64,000 bases of DNA from Candidatus Latescibacterota bacterium (lineage in GTDB: Bacteria; Latescibacterota; UBA2968; GCA-2709665). The translations under genes were made by a program, and so were the position numbers. The first letter of the stretch is position 1. Every line of letters starts with the position of its first letter. The stretch is taken from the NCBI GenBank assembly GCA_965116875.1, contig OZ220733.1, positions 1 through 64,000 on the forward strand. The letters run 5' to 3'. This document shows, piece by piece, positions 17,641-27,000 of the stretch. Under the pieces are notes generated by a model. That model was given only the letters and a program-made list of their open reading frames with translations. It was not told the DNA's origin and did not search any database.

Positions 17641-19272
17641 CTACTGATCACCCTCGATTCCTGCGTCGCCGTTTTTTGCGATACGACCGGCGGCGAACCT
17701 GAAGCTGAACAGGTCCGCGTGTATGAGTTGAAACTGTACGCGCACGGGCCTTCCGGCGTAATCCCCGGGAGTGAGTCCGGACTGCCACGTGACCGGGTGG
17801 TCGATTTCGTCACCCCGCAGTGGCTTGCAGTCGTTCAGCGTCAGGCCCTTCAAGGGCTCGCCGTCTGCACCCTGGATTTCCACCCGGATTTCCCCGGCAG
17901 GTCGGGGCCAGGCGATGTAGTTGAGCTCCAGTTGGCTGCCGTTGAGCACAAACGGTTTTGTCACGATCGTTCCGCCGTCCGGACCGGATCGGACGGAAAC
18001 GAATCCGTCGACACGGAACGTAAAACGCCTGAGGCGCATCCTCGGCACGAATGACTTCCTCTTCCACTCCGGCAGCACGTCGATTTCCTCATATCCGTAC
18101 CCTTCGGTGGCGTAGACGAAGTACTCGCCCTCATTGCCACGAACCAGACCGTGGGCCAAGTAGTTGGCGCGGTTGCCATCGCGTTGCCGGGGCGCACTGC
18201 AGGGAATCAATGGTTCGCGGCGTCGCAGGAACGAATACCCGCCGTCGCAGCTGGTCATCAGGATGGGTTGGACCCGGGCGACGGCAAACCGGTCCGTGTA
18301 TTCGGTGGGAAAGGCGATCAGAATGTGTGGCGCGCGTTCATACGGAAGGACGCCGTTGGTGTACATCTCCCGGTCGACATTGTCCGAATACTTCAGCGGG
18401 ACGGGTTCCGTCCAGTTCACAAAATCGTCCGACACAGCCATGTGCACATTGCGCATATAGCCTTTTAGCAGATCCCGCACGAATGCGACGTAGCGGCCGC
18501 GAACCGAATCCCAGAACGCCAGGTTCTGCGAATCGAATCGCCCCTTCGTAATCACGGGCTTTTCCGTCATCAACGTCCAGTGAAGTCCGTCCGGCGACTT
18601 GAACGGATACATGCCGTAATCGGTGTATCTTCCCGGAATCTGGTGCGCACCACGAGCCCCGCGGACCAGTGCCTTGTACCGAGCGTCGGGTTCTACAGTT
18701 GGGCTGTTGTCGATGAACGGCACCATGTCGCCCCGCCATCCCAGGCCGGTGTGGGTTCCCAGTTTGCCTTGCCACTTGTCGGTGGGAAGATACTTTTTTC
18801 CATCCCCACCGAGGACGATGTTGTTGTCCGAAGATCCTCTGAATCTGAATAGACCAAGGTTTGGCTTCGTCCACCGGATGCCGTCGCGGCTTTCCGCGTA
18901 ACACATCGGTTCGCCTCGGACGTCTTCGCCGCTGCCGTGATGATGGCCGCGGTAGTACATGCGAAACAGATCTCCGTCCTTCAGTACCGAGACGTAGCCC
19001 AAAGAAGTGTCTTCCCAGGCCTTGTCGTTCATCAGCACGACCTCTTTGCCCAACGGCTCGTGCAGATGTAGCGCCGCGTCGCCCTCGAAGCGTTCGACAA
19101 GCCAGTCATCAACGAACAGTTCGAGCCGTGAGCGGTTCTGATGGAAGACTTCGAACTCGGTCAGCGGCGATGATGGATTGATGTCCGTCAACTGTATACA
19201 CCCAGGGTGAAATGCCGGATCGACGTGTATCGGCGACTCTTTGCTTTTGGCGGCCAGGGATAACCGCCGCAT
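17641..19272 (-). CDS. Putative beta-propeller glycoside hydrolase-like protein (GH32/43-like)
   Basis: ELFVDDWL, FRMYYRG, Asp-box-like repeats ESRDGIRW, SPDGLHW, SDDFVNW, C-terminal RVDGFVS jelly-roll region; true start may be downstream. Confidence 0.7.
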   Translation of the reverse strand: MRRLSLAAKSKESPIHVDPAFHPGCIQLTDINPSSPLTEFEVFHQNRSRLELFVDDWLVERFEGDAALHLHEPLGKEVVLMNDKAWEDTSLGYVSVLKDGDLFRMYYRGHHHGSGEDVRGEPMCYAESRDGIRWTKPNLGLFRFRGSSDNNIVLGGDGKKYLPTDKWQGKLGTHTGLGWRGDMVPFIDNSPTVEPDARYKALVRGARGAHQIPGRYTDYGMYPFKSPDGLHWTLMTEKPVITKGRFDSQNLAFWDSVRGRYVAFVRDLLKGYMRNVHMAVSDDFVNWTEPVPLKYSDNVDREMYTNGVLPYERAPHILIAFPTEYTDRFAVARVQPILMTSCDGGYSFLRRREPLIPCSAPRQRDGNRANYLAHGLVRGNEGEYFVYATEGYGYEEIDVLPEWKRKSFVPRMRLRRFTFRVDGFVSVRSGPDGGTIVTKPFVLNGSQLELNYIAWPRPAGEIRVEIQGADGEPLKGLTLNDCKPLRGDEIDHPVTWQSGLTPGDYAGRPVRVQFQLIHADLFSFRFAAGRIAKNGDAGIEGDQ

Positions 19273-19360
19273 TTATGTGCCGCATGCCCGTTAACGATGA
19301 AGATTCACGAACCTGCCGGTGCTTTTTCGGTAGGCTGTGGGTTGTTGGGTTCCGCCGCTT

Positions 19361-19458
19361 GCGTGTAACGTTTCAGGATTGCAGACGCCTGCCGAAGGCA
19401 GGTGTGCCGTCAGGCCGGAGCGACTGAAGGGCGCGAAGCTGCAAACCGTTGTTATGGG
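19361..19458 (-). repeat. attC-like site
   Basis: Minus strand CCCATAAC...GTTACAC with internal hairpin cctgcc/ggcagg. Confidence 0.65.
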
Positions 19459-19744
19459 TCTGTGTCTCCCCCATTCGTGAAGCAACGAACGTGCAGAGAT
19501 TGCGCGCAAGCCTTCAGATTTTCCCCCGATGTCTCAATCTATTGAGCAATCAGCCTCAATCCGAAAAAACAGCAACGCGGCGACGCGATAAAACCCTCCG
19601 AAACGGGGCGTTATCGACGTATGGAAGGACGTTTTTTCCGTACACGTCCAGTGACCTGGTGTATCCAGGTAATCCGCCGTCTAATCGCCTTTATTTACAA
19701 GCACATATTCGATTTAATGTCCCCGAAGACTTACGAATCAAGGT
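19416..19744 (-). repeat. ~330-bp non-coding repeat
   Basis: Close copy of 16514-16844; abuts the methyltransferase stop. Confidence 0.85.
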
Positions 19745-20427
19745 CAGGCTTTGGTTGCAACGATCCCCAGCAGAGTTGGGAGCGTGTCACCATCCAATTC
19801 GGCAACTGATTCGAGCCGCAAGTCAGCAGCGAGCAGTTTGTTGAAGAGTTCGGCAAGAGGAACGTGCCGGACACCCACCTTCGACCGAATGCCCTCACCC
19901 AATCCAGGACCTTCGAAAACTCGTGTTGTTTTCCGGTAACCCGGATGGATCCTGGCAATTCCCGTGTCTCTCTCGATGGTCGCAAAGGGTCCCAGAAAAC
20001 AGGGATGTGTGCCCAGGATAACGAAACGCCCGTGACGATCCAGGACGCGGTGTGCTTCTGAGAAGAATGGCCCGACATCATCGAAATCAGTAAGTGTCAA
20101 TACCGACACGACGCGTCGAAACGTGGCTGACGAGAAAGGCAGACGACACGCATTGGCCTGGACAACCCTCGGAGAGCGATCACTTGCCAGTCGAAGCTGG
20201 TCGGCTGAAAGGTCGACTCCAATCACGGACCAGCCAAGCGATTGCAGTAGCTGGAGATGCACACCTGTCCCGCAACCAATGTCCACACAGAGTCCGGAGC
20301 CGGGTCCAACCAAACGCGATAGATGAGCCGGGATGTTCTCGTAGAAAGGCATCTTGAGATATTCATCGTACCACGTCGCCCAGCCGTCGTATCGGGCGCC
20401 ATCCTGGTTGGAATTCAAGGAAGGCAT
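19744..20427 (-). CDS. Class I SAM-dependent methyltransferase
   Basis: VDIGCGTG motif I, GVDLS, ANACRLPF; AAGGAG RBS. Confidence 0.9.
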   Translation of the reverse strand: MPSLNSNQDGARYDGWATWYDEYLKMPFYENIPAHLSRLVGPGSGLCVDIGCGTGVHLQLLQSLGWSVIGVDLSADQLRLASDRSPRVVQANACRLPFSSATFRRVVSVLTLTDFDDVGPFFSEAHRVLDRHGRFVILGTHPCFLGPFATIERDTGIARIHPGYRKTTRVFEGPGLGEGIRSKVGVRHVPLAELFNKLLAADLRLESVAELDGDTLPTLLGIVATKA

Positions 20428-20531
20428 AGTCTCCTTTTGATTCTGGACGGCTTCCGGTGTTTCGCACCCTTCCGACAGCTACGATGCCTGGGGAGGCATG
20501 GCCCATAACGCCGGAATTACCGACAGACTTC

Positions 20532-21452
20532 TCACTCACCAAAAAACGGGTACGGCTCGCCGGCTTCCACCAGCCTTTGTACCAGACTCGAGTACTTCAA
20601 TACCTCCGACAGCCGGGCACGCCAATGCGGGGCATAGAAGTCGACGAATTCCTGGAAGAACGCTCGCGCATCCTCACGGACGCCATCGAAGTATTGCGGC
20701 AGCAAAAACCATGGCTGGTCACTGGCGTAGTTCAGCCCCCGATGGCGCATCGTGAACTCTGCGGCGGCCCGTTTTTTTACCGAGATCATCAGCGAGCGCC
20801 TGAGCTTGTCGGTGTGATAGCGGCCCCGATGAATACACAACTGGGTAAACAGCACCGCGTCCCCGGGTTCCTGGTGGAGACGAACGGCGCCTGGCATATC
20901 GTTCGAGCGGTTGTGGTTCCCATTATCCGCGACGCAGATCGCGTGCTCTTCGGGCGAGTAGTCACGCAGGTGAGACCCCGGCACCACCTCGAGATCGTCC
21001 GTAGGGACCAATGCGATTTGCATCTGCAACCCGGCTCCGGTCTCCGGTCTCCGGGATACGTCTGCTTCCGCACCGATCTTGTCCTTGTGCCAAAATCCGT
21101 CCTGGCTTTCTCCGGTCGGATTAAAGTAGAGACTGCTCAAGGCGAAGAGAAACTCTTCATCCAGGGCTGCGCTCAGCGATTCGACAACCTGGGGCGATCC
21201 CATGGCATTCAGCAGAAAGGCAAGATCGTCGGGGTGATCGCGGTGATATTCCGGGTCGTTCAGGTGCCTCATGTAATTGGCCCTGGGCCCCACCGGTGGA
21301 TTGTCACAGCGAGGAGCGCGCCGCCACTGTTCCAGCACCCGCTCACAGATCTCGCGTAGCCTTTCTGTCGTCGCTGCGTCGAACAAACCGCGCACCACGG
21401 CGTAAGAGTGTTGGCGTAGCTGCCCAGGGCACGGTTCAGTAGAAATGTTCAT
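20532..21452 (-). CDS. Phytanoyl-CoA dioxygenase (PhyH)-family Fe/2OG enzyme
   Basis: WHKD (HxD), VVPGSH, PGDAVLF...IHRG. Confidence 0.85.
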   Translation of the reverse strand: MNISTEPCPGQLRQHSYAVVRGLFDAATTERLREICERVLEQWRRAPRCDNPPVGPRANYMRHLNDPEYHRDHPDDLAFLLNAMGSPQVVESLSAALDEEFLFALSSLYFNPTGESQDGFWHKDKIGAEADVSRRPETGAGLQMQIALVPTDDLEVVPGSHLRDYSPEEHAICVADNGNHNRSNDMPGAVRLHQEPGDAVLFTQLCIHRGRYHTDKLRRSLMISVKKRAAAEFTMRHRGLNYASDQPWFLLPQYFDGVREDARAFFQEFVDFYAPHWRARLSEVLKYSSLVQRLVEAGEPYPFFGE

Positions 21453-21525
21453 TGTATCCTCTTGTGTTGCTGTAAGGATTGCATCGTAATTGGACAGTAA
21501 AAGTACGGACAGGTTGTCTCGTGCT

Positions 21526-21659
21526 GCCTAACTACGCATGGAAATCAATGCTCTATTAATTGCGGCTGACTAAGGTATTACAGAACAGTTACGGCAATGG
21601 GTACCTGATCCGAAGATCTGCGTACGTTCGGGACGCAGCGGGCATGGATCTGTTACACG
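21526..21659 (-). repeat. attC-like site
   Basis: Minus strand CGTGTAAC...GTTAGGC; core 21579-21633 nearly identical to 23819-23873. Confidence 0.6.
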
Positions 21660-21686
21660 AAGAGAGATAAAGACCCCACCATCAGG

Positions 21687-22634
21687 CTAAGATTCTCTTA
21701 CTTCGAAAAATGAAAGACACTCTCCAGTGACCATTTGCCCAATGCCTGCAGAGAACTTGAAGCCTGCCACCCGTAGAAGTTCAAGCACTTGATCCAATTC
21801 CGTTCCATGACTTCCATTTTGCTGCCATCTCAACACGATAGGTAGCGCTCTATCGATTCCATTCTGTACAAGCCTTTGGACGAAGTCTTCGGGGGATAGA
21901 GTTTCGTTGCCAAACTTCATACGATGAGCCACGCTATCTATCGTAGCCTGGACTAACCAGACTTCGTCATCTTCAGTTATAAAGTCATCGATCCAGGATG
22001 TCTCAGTGCTAACAGTAGGGGATTGCCATTCCTCACCAGACTTCTCCAGGGGAAGTCGCTGAAAGATGTCACGATTGGAGGGAGTCACCTGAGACAGAAA
22101 TTCATAAACTTCCATCCATAATGAATGGGTTTTAAAGTTATCGATTGTAGGCTCAAAGTTAAGATTCAGATACAGAGATATGGCGTATAGTCCGTTCGTC
22201 ATGCCCGTCACAATTGCACTTTCACATCCGTTGTTCGCCATGTGTTGCAATGCGTTTACAACTACCATACGGCCCAGTCCACGTCGGTGCCAGCTTCTTC
22301 GTACGGCGACTCGGTGCAGAATACCTATATCTGGGCGTCCTGGGTCGATCCTTGCGGTAGCTGTGGCTACTGCAGTCCCATCGCTACTCTCGATCACGAA
22401 GATCCCGTTCGGCTCGATACCAGGACATGCACGCCAGAAAGGCTCAAGATCAAGTTCAAACACAGCCATTTCAGGATCTTGAAATGCGTCACTGAGTAAT
22501 TCACTTACCGTCACTTCATCCCCCTCTTGCCACGTTCGTAAGCGGAAACCTCTTGGCAACATATCCAGAGCCGGAAGCCCGCTCGCGAAAAAACGTCTCA
22601 TAGGAAGGCGGAGTGGGAGTCTTTCAGTAGGCAT
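21687..22634 (-). CDS. GNAT-family acetyltransferase with C-terminal extension
   Basis: VAVRRSWHRRGLG acetyl-CoA loop; AISLYLNLNF. Confidence 0.8.
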   Translation of the reverse strand: MPTERLPLRLPMRRFFASGLPALDMLPRGFRLRTWQEGDEVTVSELLSDAFQDPEMAVFELDLEPFWRACPGIEPNGIFVIESSDGTAVATATARIDPGRPDIGILHRVAVRRSWHRRGLGRMVVVNALQHMANNGCESAIVTGMTNGLYAISLYLNLNFEPTIDNFKTHSLWMEVYEFLSQVTPSNRDIFQRLPLEKSGEEWQSPTVSTETSWIDDFITEDDEVWLVQATIDSVAHRMKFGNETLSPEDFVQRLVQNGIDRALPIVLRWQQNGSHGTELDQVLELLRVAGFKFSAGIGQMVTGECLSFFEVRES

Positions 22635-22660
22635 TTGGTATGAACTTTATTTTCTTTTTC

Positions 22661-22804
22661 CGTGTAACGGCCTCGACAACCACGAACCTGCCACTGACGT
22701 GGCGCTTGCCCTCGAGAATTTAATCAAGCGAGCGCCGTGACAGCGTCAGGCAGGTTTCGCGGAAGGGCGAATGCGCCGGAGCCGTGGGTGCTCGTGTTAG
22801 GTGC
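22661..22804 (-). repeat. attC-like site (best example in the window)
   Basis: Minus strand GCACCTAAC (contains the upstream stop)...GTTACACG; long imperfect internal inverted repeat aacctgcc..tgacg..ggcgct / agcgcc..cgtca..ggcaggtt. Confidence 0.75.
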
Positions 22805-23786
22805 AGGTGCCCTCGCTCCCGGAAATCCGATTAGAATTCTCGACTACTGTCTCCAAGTTTAGATGCATCCACTCCAAGGCATTCAGTTGGTCCTCTGTTC
22901 CTTCGCCCTCGCTGTTTTCGAACATCCATGATGCGAATAGCAGATAGATGTACATCATCATGTAGGGAAACGCCTTCCTTTCCCCGACAGAAAGTGGGCT
23001 TGTCTCGTGGTAACCTTCAAGAATCATCGGGAAATCGTTGAGCCATGCCTTACAGACCTCTTCATCATCAGACCGTCTCATCACGAAGTGAGCCGTAAAG
23101 TAGGCCAAGTCAACAAGGCGCGGCCCTATGCTGAAGTGATTACAGTCAACGATTCCTGTAACCTCAGTTCCGTGGACGACCACATTTCCTGGGTGACAGT
23201 CCCTGTGGATTAGTTGCTCACCAAGACCCTCGAAGGAAACCCGCATCTCTGGTTCGACATTTCCGACGATCCCGTTGAACGTCGACAATCGCCCGCCATC
23301 GATGTTCTCTCGTATAATTGAGACGTGGTTAGGAATAGCTTCGGAGGGATTGGTTTTCCAGAGCACCTCCAGCTTGTCCGATCGGAATGACTTCAATGCA
23401 AGGTGCATCATCGCGATTGCGATACCGTAGTTGCGATACAGCTCTGCGCGGCCCCTTGCATCAGAGGCAGGACGGCCACTGCGAAATCCTGGTGTCAGGA
23501 TGTAGAGATGCCCGGCCTGCTCGGATGTGATCTTCCCATTGCGATTTAGGATTGGTAAAGGGACGGGGATGGACTCAGCGGAGAGATGTTTCAATATCTC
23601 GTAGTGAAGCTCAAGACCCCGGTTCAGGTCTTCGTCTGGTTCTCCAATATCCTTCAGCACCAGGACTACATCGTCTACAGTGGTGATCCGATGGACATAA
23701 CCCTGGTGTATTTCCTCAATCACACGAATGGGGTCTAGGTCCCAAGCCTTGAGAACATCGACCATGCTTCGAAGTCTCCGCTGCAA
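22797..23786 (-). CDS. APH/type II homoserine kinase-fold phosphotransferase
   Basis: LIHRDCHPGNV, GIVDC, DLA. Confidence 0.8.
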   Translation of the reverse strand: MQRRLRSMVDVLKAWDLDPIRVIEEIHQGYVHRITTVDDVVLVLKDIGEPDEDLNRGLELHYEILKHLSAESIPVPLPILNRNGKITSEQAGHLYILTPGFRSGRPASDARGRAELYRNYGIAIAMMHLALKSFRSDKLEVLWKTNPSEAIPNHVSIIRENIDGGRLSTFNGIVGNVEPEMRVSFEGLGEQLIHRDCHPGNVVVHGTEVTGIVDCNHFSIGPRLVDLAYFTAHFVMRRSDDEEVCKAWLNDFPMILEGYHETSPLSVGERKAFPYMMMYIYLLFASWMFENSEGEGTEDQLNALEWMHLNLETVVENSNRISGSEGTCT

Positions 23787-23800
23787 TCGGTTCTGGTACT

Positions 23801-23873
23801 TGCACCTAACTACAGTTTTACCGAACAGTTACGGCAATGCGTACCTGATCCGAAGATCTGCGAACGTTCGGGA
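23801..23873 (-). repeat. Partial attC-like site at the upstream end of the array
   Basis: GTTAGGTGCA (minus) just before the kinase gene; core shared with 21579-21633; no clear RYYYAAC box. Confidence 0.55.
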
Positions 23874-24010
23874 ACATTTCACACTAAAGTTTGCAGCCCG
23901 AGCATGTTCAGAAATGCTCCCATGGTGGCGTCATCCCTAATCAAAAACTGCTTCCCTTGCTTCCATTGGTGCATCGAGCGGGCTCTGGAAAGTCGCTCTC
24001 ATAACAAGCG

Positions 24011-24757
24011 TCACCGCTCCGCCCACCGATTCCGCAACTCGATCACGGTCAGCATGGTCACTTCCCCTGTCGCTTCCAGTCCGGCATCCGCCTGGAACTT
24101 GCGCAGCGCCTCCCGGGTGGCGTCGTTCAGTTCTCCGTCGACCGGTCCGGTTTCGTATCCCAGCCCATTCAGGATCGTCTGCACCTCGTAGTTGTGCTCC
24201 GGTCCCGCGGGCATGTCGGACGCTTCTTCGGATTCTTCAGGTTTCTCTTCAACAACCGCCGTGTCCTCCGAAATCAGCACCCAGCGCAGGAGCCTGATCT
24301 CAAAGAAAACGGCGACGGTTCCCACCAACCACAGCACGCCGAACAGCAGCGCAATCCCCCATCGTATCGCCGGGTCCGCTTCCCCGCCGGCCGACGCGCC
24401 GGAACGATCGAAGACTTCGGGCGCAAGCAGATAGCGCATGCACAGCCAGAGCCCCGTATGCAGGACGACGAGGACGATCGGGGTTCGAGCAGGCACCCTC
24501 AGAGGCGACCGCGAAGGACGCCAGAACCGGGCGATGGCGAGGGTCCAGAGATCGACGAGGATCAGAAACAGGGGAAACGCCGCAAGGAATCCCACCGCCC
24601 GGCCGGCGGCGTCGGGCTCCCGTGTCCAGGCCCACCACGCCGGCCCCGCCAACGATACCGCCAGCACAATCCACGTGCCAGCGCGAAGCAGCAGCGCCGT
24701 TCGCGACCGCTCAGGAGCGGGTGTGGAGGACCCGGTCTCAGGCTGCAATCGGTTCAT
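24011..24757 (-). CDS. Membrane protein with C-terminal peptidoglycan-binding domain
   Basis: Four hydrophobic helices; VQTILNGLGYETGPVDG...TREALRKFQADAGLEATG (PG_binding_1); GGAGG RBS. Confidence 0.75.
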   Translation of the reverse strand: MNRLQPETGSSTPAPERSRTALLLRAGTWIVLAVSLAGPAWWAWTREPDAAGRAVGFLAAFPLFLILVDLWTLAIARFWRPSRSPLRVPARTPIVLVVLHTGLWLCMRYLLAPEVFDRSGASAGGEADPAIRWGIALLFGVLWLVGTVAVFFEIRLLRWVLISEDTAVVEEKPEESEEASDMPAGPEHNYEVQTILNGLGYETGPVDGELNDATREALRKFQADAGLEATGEVTMLTVIELRNRWAER

Positions 24758-24873
24758 TTTCAATCCTCCGCCGGGGTTGTTCTTCCGCATCACCCTTCCG
24801 GGACGCGGATCACTTGGCTATATTGTATAGTACACATCCCGGTCCCGACCCATCATCATGCGAGCCGCGAATC

Positions 24874-27000
24874 ATGCGTCCAAAGTCCGAAATCCTGGCC
24901 GTCGAACTCGTTGACGGAAACAAGATGGCGTACTATACCCGCACAGGACGCGAGACGCATCCGTTTTCACCCTGGCTGCTGGTCGAGGCGCCCGAAGAGT
25001 GCGACCGGGCCGGCCTCGCCGGCGTAAAGAAGATAAGTCATCTCAAAGGCGGCGGCCAGTTCCGGTTTCTGGTCCACTTCCACTCCTGGAGCGATTTTCT
25101 GGATGCCCGCGGGCGACTGTCTGCCGACGGCATCGTCCACTTCGACTTCAACAACCCGGTCAAACAGCACCTGCTGCTTTCAGGAAACACACTCTTTCGG
25201 GGACTGCGTTACAACGACGCACATCGCCTTCAACTGGATATCGAAACCACCGGACTGAATGCCGAGGCACGGGACGCACGGATCATCCTGGTCGCGCTCT
25301 CCGACAACAGGAACTACGAGGAAGTGCTCGGCGCCGGCGGGATGCCCGAAGTCGCATTGCTGGAAGCGCTGAATCACCGCATCCGGAGCCGCGACCCGGA
25401 CATCATCGAAGGCCACAACATCTTTGATTTCGACCTCAACTACATCCGGGCGCGCGCCCGCGCGTTGAACGTAAACCTGCCCTGGGGCCGCGACGGCTCC
25501 GATCTGAAAGCCGGGAACGGCATACGCAGGTACAGGGTGGGCGCCCGAAGTCCCACGTTTCGTCCGGCATACATCCACGGCCGTCACATGATCGACACCT
25601 ATCACCAGGTCCAGCGATACGACATCGGCGGGCGCCTGGAGAGTTACGGCCTGAAGAACGTCGTCCGTTCGCTTGGCCTGGAGCGCGGGGATCGCGTTTT
25701 CATCCACGGGGACGATATCCGGAAGACCTGGCGTGACGACCCGGGCCGGGTCGCGGACTACGCGCTGGACGACGTCCGTGACGTGCGCGTGTTGAGCGAA
25801 ATGGTCGCAACCACCGAGTTCTACCAGACCCAGGTGTTGCCTTACCGGCTTCAGGATGCCGCGATTACCGGACCGGGAGAGAAGATCAACGCCCTGATGA
25901 TCGGCGCCTATCTCCGCCGTGGCCTCGCCGTTCCGAGGCCTCAACACGCTGAGCCGTTCGGGGGAGGATATACCGAGCTCTTCGCCTCCGGCGTCTTCAA
26001 CCGGGTTGTCAAGGCCGACGTGGAGAGCCTTTACCCGTCAATTATGGTAAACTACGGTATTCGACCCGCTTCCGATACAGAAAACGTGTTCCTGCCGATG
26101 CTGAAGCGCCTGACCGGACGACGCCTGGAGGCGAAAGCCAGCCTGAAACGCGCCAATACCAGCGTGGACCGGTCCTACTGGGAAGGCCTGCAGGGAAGTT
26201 ACAAACTCCTGATCAACTCGTTCTACGGATACCTGGCATACGGAAGGGCGAATTTCAACGACTACAACGCGGCGGCACGCGTTACGGAACTCGGCCAGAA
26301 AATTGCACGGCAGGTCGTGACGATGCTGCGGGAGCGGGGCGCACGGCTGATCGAAGCCGATACCGACGGTGTGTATTTCGTCGTGCCCCCCGGAATCCGG
26401 TCGGAACGTGAAGAGCACGATTTCGTAGATGCACTATCCGGGGAACTGCCCGACGGCATCCGGCTTTCTCACGACGGCCGGTTCCGGGGTATGATCAGCC
26501 TCAAGGCCAAGAACTACGTGCTGGTCGACTACGGCGGGCGCCTCATCGTCAAAGGGAGCAGCCTGCGCAGCCGCCGCGATGAACGGATTTTCCGTGAATT
26601 CGTCCGGGAGCTCGCCCCGCTGCTGATCAGCCGGCAGTCCGATGCCGCATCGGCCACGTACACGCGGTACGCAGACCGTCTGGGGACCGGTCAATTCGAT
26701 CGGACAGACATCTGCCGCAGGGAGACCATTACCGAGAAGACGTTCTCGAATCCGAACCTGCGGCGTCTGGCCGCTGCCGCGGAAGGATGCAAAGCCGGGG
26801 ACAGGATTACGGTGTACCAGCGAAACGACGGCAGCCTGGCACGAATTGAAGACTACGAGAACGACGAGGACAGAGGATATCTGTTGCGAAGACTGCACGA
26901 TATGGCAGGGCGCTTCCGCGGCCTCTTCGGTGAAATCGAATTCGATCGACTCTTTCCACTCCGGAAACAACCCGCGGGAGGGCAGCTCAGCCTGTTCTAA
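24874..27000 (+). CDS. polB: Family B DNA polymerase with 3'-5' exonuclease (Pol II-like)
   Basis: Exo motifs DIETTG, HNIFDFD, YALDD; Pol motifs DVESLYPS, KLLINSFYG, ADTDG; C-terminal QLSLF. Confidence 0.9.
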   Translation: MRPKSEILAVELVDGNKMAYYTRTGRETHPFSPWLLVEAPEECDRAGLAGVKKISHLKGGGQFRFLVHFHSWSDFLDARGRLSADGIVHFDFNNPVKQHLLLSGNTLFRGLRYNDAHRLQLDIETTGLNAEARDARIILVALSDNRNYEEVLGAGGMPEVALLEALNHRIRSRDPDIIEGHNIFDFDLNYIRARARALNVNLPWGRDGSDLKAGNGIRRYRVGARSPTFRPAYIHGRHMIDTYHQVQRYDIGGRLESYGLKNVVRSLGLERGDRVFIHGDDIRKTWRDDPGRVADYALDDVRDVRVLSEMVATTEFYQTQVLPYRLQDAAITGPGEKINALMIGAYLRRGLAVPRPQHAEPFGGGYTELFASGVFNRVVKADVESLYPSIMVNYGIRPASDTENVFLPMLKRLTGRRLEAKASLKRANTSVDRSYWEGLQGSYKLLINSFYGYLAYGRANFNDYNAAARVTELGQKIARQVVTMLRERGARLIEADTDGVYFVVPPGIRSEREEHDFVDALSGELPDGIRLSHDGRFRGMISLKAKNYVLVDYGGRLIVKGSSLRSRRDERIFREFVRELAPLLISRQSDAASATYTRYADRLGTGQFDRTDICRRETITEKTFSNPNLRRLAAAAEGCKAGDRITVYQRNDGSLARIEDYENDEDRGYLLRRLHDMAGRFRGLFGEIEFDRLFPLRKQPAGGQLSLF

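Noticed and set aside
572-23873. Dispersed repeats as a possible CRISPR array
   Set aside because: Repeats are variable, separated by whole genes, and no cas genes are visible.
23874-24873. Integron integrase or attI at the upstream end of the array
   Set aside because: No tyrosine recombinase motifs in any listed frame; the region encodes a peptidoglycan-binding membrane protein.
24622-24873. 84-aa N-terminal extension of PolB in the ORF track
   Set aside because: Overlaps the divergent gene and an AT-rich promoter-like stretch; ATG at 24874 is more plausible.
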